Below are positions 56,386 through 64,000 of a stretch of DNA of 64,000 nt, piece after piece. The stretch lies in assembly GCF_009914755.1 (NCBI RefSeq), contig NC_060947.1; one strand, written 5' to 3'. A program made the translations under genes and the position numbers. The notes beneath the pieces were generated by a model. The model made no database searches. It was given only the letters and a program-made list of their open reading frames with translations, and had not been told where the DNA came from. How positions within the stretch are numbered: position 1 is the stretch's first letter; each line of letters begins with the position of its first letter. The stretch is from the human T2T-CHM13v2.0 reference genome, Homo sapiens.

Positions 56386-57092
56386 AAAACTCAATAGTTG
56401 AAAGTCAGAACCTTTGGGCTCTAAATTAAGGCCCATGAAACCGAAACTTGTCAACAGTATCTGGCTAATGCATTTAAAATTCAATGTTATGCTAATAGCA
56501 AACAAAATTGTTCATGAAGATAACTGGCAGAGTTCTCTTAAAAATCTGATGACAATTTGTCATATATGATTTATTATTATTCCAGGCAATCCTAATCATA
56601 GACTAGATAGAATAATAAATAGTTGATTGATTAGTGGCCCTTCTAACTTGGCTTTAAAGAAAACCTCTAAAGATGTAAGAAGTCTTCATCAGTACAAATA
56701 TGACTACTTAGCTTTGAAACAGTTTAAACAGGATTCCAATTGCAGGAATGCAATTAATATGCACTGTGTTATATGCAATGTGTGTTAATAATGTTAATGT
56801 TATACATGAGTTCCCACAAGAGGGATTTAATATACACCATTTCCCATTTAATAAAACAATCTTTTGTTCATTTATTTCTTCCTCATGCATAGTAATAAAA
56901 TTTTCTATAAGTTACAACTAAAACTAAATCTTTTATTTATAATCCAAAATAGGCTAAACTGCTGCCAAATCTAATTTCAAGGAGCAATATACATGCACAA
57001 GAAATTATAAACTATATGAGATATGACTGTACTTGTCAATTTTACCTTGTACAAGTTATGCTTACTCTAATTTTCCAAGCATCACTTATCAA

Positions 57093-57320
57093 TTTTTTTT
57101 TTTTTTTTAAGACAAGGTCTTGCTCTGTCACTCAGGCTGGAGTGCAGTGGGACAATCATGGTTCACTGTAGTCTGGAACTCCTGGTCTCCAAGCAATCCT
57201 CATGTCTCAACCTTTTAAGTAGTTAGGACTACAAGTGTGAGCCTCCACCACCATTCCCAGCTATTTTTTTAATTTTTATTTTTATGTAGAGACGAGATGT
57301 CACTACATTGCCCAGGCTGG
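57093..57320 (-). mobile_element. Truncated AluJ
   Basis: GGTCTTGCTCTGTCACTCAGGCTGGAGTGCAGTGG.ACAATCATGG. Confidence 0.88.
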
Positions 57321-57364
57321 ACCAAGTATCACTTCTTACACACCTCTTACTCAATGAGTCATTA

Positions 57365-58778
57365 TGTAACAGAGTACCCCCATTTTTCTAGAGGTTGCTT
57401 AATTATTTTTTTCCTCTATTTTTTCTCACTTCCCTGGCTCCCTGTTCCGAGTTATCCCTGAGGGCTAAGCTCTGATTTTTTTTTTTTTTTTTTATCTTGC
57501 CCAAATTCTTATCTAAGTGGTCTGGGGATTCATGCCCTACAAACCATAAATTCTCATCAGATTAGTTTTATTTAACCCTCTATGTTGTGACTTACTTTCC
57601 AATCCGACTCTGGCATAACATTATGTGACAAAGAAGAAAGTCAAAATATTTTACCCCAATACATGTTTCTTGGCCGTATTTTGAAATGGCCCTGCAAAGC
57701 TGTCCTTGGTGTGGTGGGGGTGGGGGGAGGGAATTCGCATCTGTAAAGAATCTCCATTAAAATAGCTATATCTTTTTCTTCCGTGCCCTCCAATCCTGAA
57801 GAGATTAACTAAGAGCCTAGTGCCTTTTAAAGGTCTGAACAGGAAACATATATCATCTATTCTCTCTATGGGCAGTGACTACACGACTTCAAAAGAACCT
57901 TGATGGCCACAATCTTTTAGCTTAACCTGAACATTTCCTTTCTATGGATCCCAGGTCTTTTGACAAACTCATCCAATTGCCACCAGAAAATGTTTAAATT
58001 TACTTATAGCCTAGAATCCCCTGCTTTGAGTTGTGCTGCCTTTCTGGACCAAATCAATGTATTTCTTAAATGTATTTGATTGATGTCTCATGCCTCCTTA
58101 AAATGTATAAAACCAAGCTGCACCCCGACCACCTTAGGCGCATATGCCCAGGACCTCCTGAGGGCTGTGTCGCGGGCCACAGTCACTCATGTTTGGCTCA
58201 GAATAAATCTCTTCAAATATTTTACAGAGCTTGACTCTTTGTCGACAGCCCTTCAGAAATGCAAATATAACCTTTCACCTATCCCCTCACAGACATTCCC
58301 TACAGGTTAAGTTCTTCTGATTGTGTGCTCCAAGACAGATCTCTCTTCCAGAGTTGACAGTTGACTTGCAGACCAAAGCATACCTGACAAGGAACTTTCA
58401 CCTACAGGGAGTTGGCCCAGAACTTCCATTCTTCAGGAGCCACCTGGGAACTCACACCTACTAGGAGGATATATTGAAAGCATGCCTACTTGGCCACTTT
58501 TACAACTTACTTTTGCCCAGGAGGGTGCCAACTCAACTGTCCAGTAGATAACTGCCTGGTAGCAGGGGGACCTCTGCCCTTGCTCATTTTCTCCCCTTAC
58601 CTTATTAAAGTGTCTGCCTTCTGTGCCAAAGGGGAAGCAGCACATTTAAAGGTAGGACACATTCTGCTTCTTTCCCTAAGCTAGCCTTAGAATAAATTCA
58701 CTTTTCTTTTTTTGTATCAGATCACTCTTGTTAATTGGACTCTACATGCAGTGGGCACTAACCTGCTATTTAGTTACA
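57365..58778 (+). mobile_element. ERV1 solo LTR hosting a MER4 LTR
   Basis: TGTAAC...GTTACA inverted ends; TSD ATTA/ATTG. Confidence 0.7.
57459..58247 (+). mobile_element. MER4D/E-type solo LTR
   Basis: TGAGGGCTAAGCTCTGATTTT..., AAAATGTATAAAACCAAGCTG, AGAATAAATCTCTTCAAATATTTTACAGAG; TSD TCCC/GCCC. Confidence 0.88.
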
Positions 58779-58826
58779 ATTGCAGTAATGTTTTAAATAG
58801 CTGTGTTACTGTAGGATGCATAATAC

Positions 58827-59456
58827 TGTGAAAGAAAAATTAATCTCAGGGCCCCAGAATCACTAAGCCAAAGAAAAAGTCAAGCTTGGAACTATAACAT
58901 ACTAACCTGCCTGCCATTTTATTTTTAAATAAGAGACCTACAAAGATTTAAAAAAAAAAAAAGATAAAAAGATACATACCTTCCTTACAATTTGCCCACC
59001 AGGAAATTCCTTGTGGACAAAGGACAGACAGAATTCAAAGTCATCCCTCTGAGGTTCCCATGAGACAAATGCATATCTGATTACTTCCTTTGCCCTTTTG
59101 TTCTACCAAGCCAGACTAAGGCATAAGTGACTATTTTCTCTATTCTCCTTTCACACGCAAATTGTGTATTCAGTGAAAGGCTAATCAGAGACTCAAAAGA
59201 ATGCAACCATTTGTGTCTAATCTTCCTATGACCTGGAAGCCCCTCCACCACATCGAGTTATTCCACCTTTCCAACTGAACCAATGTATATCTTACAGATA
59301 TTGACCGATGTCTCATGTCTCCCTAAAATGTATAAAACCAACCTGTGTCTCGACCACCTTGGGCTTCCTGAGGCTGTTTCATGGGTAAATACTTACGTTT
59401 GGCAAAATAAACTTTCTAAATTGGTTGAGACCTGTCTCAGATATTTTGGGTTCACA
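58827..59456 (+). mobile_element. MER4A solo LTR
   Basis: TGTGAAAGAAAATTAATCT...ATCACTAAGC; ends TTTTGGGTTCACA. Confidence 0.88.
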
Positions 59457-59732
59457 AAGTATATTCATATATTGCATCAAGCTTTATAAATAGGTATTAG
59501 GCTTTGTGTCGAGGTCCATTTTTTGCTACCACACTCACTAATTAGAATAGTGCAAGTGGGCACTAGGTTATTTTGACAGATGGGGAGAACATAGTGACAA
59601 GAAATTTAGGAGAAGATCATGCTGAGAAATCCAGCTAGGTTAGCAGTTGAACTCAGAAAAGGTCATCAGTAGGTAGACTTGCCGATCTCTCCGATTTTAA
59701 ATTTGTTCCAAATCACTATTCAGGATGACTAT

Positions 59733-60343
59733 TATTATAGGACTTATTAAGAAATTATTTTAGGCAGACAGGGCAAGGAGTCCTCGGTAAGGCTTTTTGT
59801 TTTTTGTTTTTTTTTTTAATAAAGCAGCTCAGGAAACATTTGTTTTCTTTCTAACAAAAAGGAAACTTGAAGGGCAAGGCTGGCAAGCTTTGATATGCAA
59901 ATGCAAGCCATTAGAAACTGGGTCCATCCAAGATGGCGATTTCCACCCTCTTCTTGTACATGTGCCAAGCATCATGGCTGCCTCCAGATAACTCCACGTA
60001 TGCAGGACATCATGGTGACTTGCATTTGCATATTCAAAGGCTAGGACGTGGGGGCCAGTTTTTTGTGGGCTATGTGAATGACACACCTGGTCAAACCAAT
60101 CCCCTGAGCCCTATGCAAATCAGACACCTCCTCCTCCAGGCTCCTAATATAAAACCGCATCCAGAGTTTTTCTCTCTCTGCTCAGTGGCCCCCTCCCTCT
60201 GTCTCTGTACAGGGGAGCTTTTTCCTTCTTTTTGCCTATTAAACTCTCTGCTCCTTAAAACCACTCCACGTGTGTCCGTGTCGTCTATCTAATTGGCAGG
60301 AGACAAAGGCCCCTGTGTTCCTCCAGTCATAGGAGCCATATCA
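59733..60343 (+). mobile_element. LTR9-family solo LTR
   Basis: AAGAAATTATTTTAGGCAGA...GAGTCCTCGGTAAGG; ends GAGCCATATCA; TSD CTAT. Confidence 0.8.
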
Positions 60344-61597
60344 CTATGACTGCCTTGAGTCCTGAGTGCTGAGTTTCTTCCATAGAGCTGCTGGTGTAAC
60401 CTAATTGGCCACAGAAAGTATATACTCCCCTATGCTTTTAAACATTTCTTTTGTCCTTCATGTTTTCAGCCTCCCTAGTTAATGCTGACATCAAATAGCT
60501 GTATGAGGATAACTCAGTATCTTGCAATGTATATGTTGTTAGGAGTATTGACTCAATTTTGGTGGATTGGTTGAGATTTTTATTTTTATTTTTTGTTTGT
60601 TTGTTTTTTAAGCCTCTGACTCTAAGCCTCCTCTCTGGTGATCACATCCTATTTGCTAAGACTAAGGTGAGCTCAGCTATAATATTGATAAGATTGCTTG
60701 TGAAAGTCAGTGAGGCACATTTGCAAATCTATGGTTAAATAAGAAAGAAGTTAGAAAACAAAACTGATATCCATCTTTGTTAGTTCTGGGTGCTAATAAT
60801 ATAAAATTACAACCAACCACTCTCTTGTATGTACATTTTTAAAAGTGGAAGAAAAGGCTAAAACCCTGTAACTAAATGATTTAATTAGCATATAAGTTTC
60901 CCTAAAGGGCTGATCTACGCGGATTTATTCTTAAGTTCTCCTTGAAAATATAATAAAATCATTATTCTTTCCTCTGCATCCATTTATATGCATTTTTACT
61001 ATACTCGCATGCATTATCTACTCTGACTTTCACTCTAAATTGAACCATAAAAATCTGACTTCATAAATATGTTTATTCACTCCTACCATAGAAATTTGAA
61101 TGAAGAAAACCCCCATAAACTGTGATTTTTCATTGACTGGCGTGTCATTCCAAAAGCACAAGTTTAGAATATGCAGCCTCTTGATATGTATTGATAGATC
61201 TCTCAGAGTTTTATTGTTATATGAAGTTCACTTTCAGTATTAACATTAAATTATTTCAAATTATAATATGAAAATAAAATTGAAATATCTTTCAACTTAT
61301 GGGACATCTTTTAAGGCCATTTTTTGTTCTATATTGCCATTTAGTTTCCATTTGAAGTCTCCTAAAGACAAACTATATGACTAAAAGCATTAACTTGTTT
61401 GCAGTGATAATAATACTAATTTTAAGTAGCATTATACTTCTTGGTTTATAAGAAGTTGCTACTGTGTCCAATCCAATTATGCATTCAGATATCATAAAAA
61501 ACAATTATTAGGTAAAATGCTTTTTTCTAAGCAGTACCTTTCCTGGTTTCATATTTAACTCAACGATGCACAAATTGTTGGTTAAAAGGTTATGAAA

Positions 61598-64000
61598 TGA
61601 GGTGGAGAAGAATGGCAGAACACAAGGCTCCACCAATCATCCCCTCCACACAGTAACACCAAATTAACTATCTACACAGAAAATAACACCTTCCTAAGAA
61701 CCAAAAATCCAGTGAGCCCCCAAATTATCTAGTTTTAACTCCATATTGCTGAAAGAGGCACTGAAGAGATACAAAAAATATTCCTGAATTGTCAACACTC
61801 CCCACCCCCCGACACCCAGCAGTGTGGTAGTGTGGTGGAGAGGGCATCTCTGGGCTCTGGGGGAGGGAGAACACAGCAATTAGGAGGCAATGAACTCAGT
61901 GCTGACCTGTTAGATCAGAAAGGAAAACCGGACGAAACTCAGCTGATGCCAGACCACAAAGGGAGAATTCGACACAACTCTAGCCAGAGTCGAATAGCAA
62001 ATCCCAGCAGTCCCAAACCTTTTGCCCACGATGGTGAAGTTTGAGTTTCCACAAACCTCACCACCATGCGCTAAAAAGTTCTGTGCTCTTAATAAACTTG
62101 AAATGCAGTCTAGGCCATAAGGGCTGCAACTCATAAGTGAGTCCTAGTGTTGGATTGGGCCCAGAGACAGTTGACTGGGAAGGCACATGACCTATAAGAC
62201 ACCAGCTTGGGTAACCAAGGGAGTGTTGGCATCACCCTTCCTCCAGGCTGTAAAGCTGGTGGCTCCAAGAGAGACCCCTTTCTTCTGGGGAAGAGTGAGA
62301 AGGACTTTGTTTGGATACCAGCTCAGCCACAGCAGAATAGGTCACCAGCCAGAATCATGAGGCTCTTTTTCCAGGACCTACCTCCTGCATATTTCTAGAC
62401 ATACCTTGGACAAGAAGGAAACCTGCTGCCTTGTAAAGAAAAACCCAGTCCTGGCATCATTCATTACCTGCTAAGTGAAGAGCCCTTGAGCCCTGAGTAA
62501 CCAGCAGTGATACACAGTTATTATGTTGAAGGCCTTGAGTGAGCCTCTGAGAGGTGCTGGGTTCAGGTGAGACTCAGCGCATTACCACCTGTGGTGGCTA
62601 TGGGGCAAAACTCCTTCTGCTTGAGAAAAGCCGAGAGAAAAGTAAAGGGGATTTTGTCTTGCACCATAGGTACCAACGTGGCCACAGGGAAGTAGAACAG
62701 CAAGAGGGGTCTTGGTATCCCCAATTCCATGACTTGACTCTTAGATGGCATCTCTGGACCTGCCCTGGGCCGGAAGGGAGACCACTGCCCTGAAAGGTGA
62801 GTCCCAGGCCAGGCACCATTCACAACAAGGTGACTTAGGAGCCCTTGAACCTTAAGGGAACATCAGCAGTAGTCTGGTAGTACTTTCTGTTGCCTGTGGT
62901 GGCAGTGGCTATGGCTATGGGGTGAGGCTCCTCTGCCTTTGGAAGAAGGAGAGAAGAGTGGGAAGGAATGTGTTTTGTGGTTTGAGTGTCAGCTAAGCCA
63001 CAGTACAATAGAACATCAGGTAGACTCTTAAGGTTTTTGACTCTTGTCCCTGACTCACAGATAGCACCTCTGAACCTACCCAGGGCCTGAGGAAACTCAG
63101 TGCCCCAAAGGGAAAGTCACAGACCTGGCTGACTTTGCCACCTGCTGATTGAGGAGCCCCACGGTCTTGAGAAAACATAAACAGTAGCCAGGGAGTGGTT
63201 ACAGCAGGACTTGGTTGAGACTTACTGCTGTGCTGGCTTCAGGTCTGACATAGCAGTCATAGTGGTGGTGGCCACATGGGTGCTAGTGTCACTCCACCTC
63301 CAGTTTTAGGTGGCTCAGAACAGAGAAAGAAACTCCATTTGTTTGGGAGAAAATAAAGAAAGACAACAAGTGTCTCTGCCTGGTAATCCAGAGAATGCTC
63401 CCAGATTTTGTTGAAGACCATCACGGTGGTAACTTTATGAGTCTACACAAAGCACAACGTTACTGAATTTGGGGTTTCCCCTGAAGCAGATACAGATTAT
63501 ATCTCAATACCCAAGTCCATTCATATACCTGGAAATCCTTCCCAAGAAAGATGGATACAAACAAGTCCAGACTACAATAAATACCTAACTCTTCCATGCA
63601 AAGACACTGAAGACCATCTACTAACAGCAACATCATCCAGGAAAACATGACCTCACCAAATGAACCAAATAAGGCACTAGGGACCAAATCTGGAGAAACG
63701 GAGATATGTGACCTTTCAGAGAGAGAATTCAAAATAGCTGTGTTGAGGAAACTCAAAGAAATTTAAGATATCACAGAAAAGAAGTTCAGAATTCTATTAG
63801 ATAAATTGAACAAGAAGATGGAAATTTTTTTAAAAAAATTAAGCAGAAATTTTAGAGCTGAAAAATGCAACTGGCATACTGAAGAATGTGTCGGAGCCTT
63901 TTAATAGCAGAATTGTTCAAGCAAAAGAAAGAATTAGTGCACTTGAATACAGGCTATTTGGAAATAGACAGAGGAGATGAAAGAAAAAGAATAAAAACAA
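61598..64000 (+). mobile_element. L1 (L1PB/L1MA-age) 5'UTR and start of ORF1, continuing past the window
   Basis: AAGAATGGCAGAA..AAGGCTCCACC start; ORF1 from 63647 MTSPNEPNKALGTKSGETEICDLSEREFKIAVLRKLKEI with an in-frame stop. Confidence 0.88.

Overview
AT-rich human non-coding DNA (an AluYb7/8 carrying its diagnostic 7-bp duplication points to the human lineage), mostly transposon-derived: L1 of several ages, Alu, L2/MIR, MaLR and ERV1 LTRs, and Tigger, piggyBac, mariner and hAT DNA elements. I can support no intact protein-coding gene. The only host-gene homology is a decayed beta-tubulin retrocopy (12213-13362) that looks intermediate between TUBB4B and TUBB8. The most unusual structure is a 1.09-kb near-perfect palindrome (23306-24394, arms ~500 bp, ~96% identical by hand alignment) inside a Tigger3b element. 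It belongs to a set of local template-switch scars: a MIR piece copied into that Tigger from 1 kb upstream, an 80-bp L1 piece copied in inverted orientation into an Alu from 1.2 kb upstream, and small fold-backs. Other items are an L1 3' transduction, a candidate 8-nt minus-strand microexon and an LTR9 with three octamer motifs. All repeat names come from recalled consensus sequences, not a database search. Subfamily calls and the boundaries of old repeats are approximate. I found no evidence for a new coding system.
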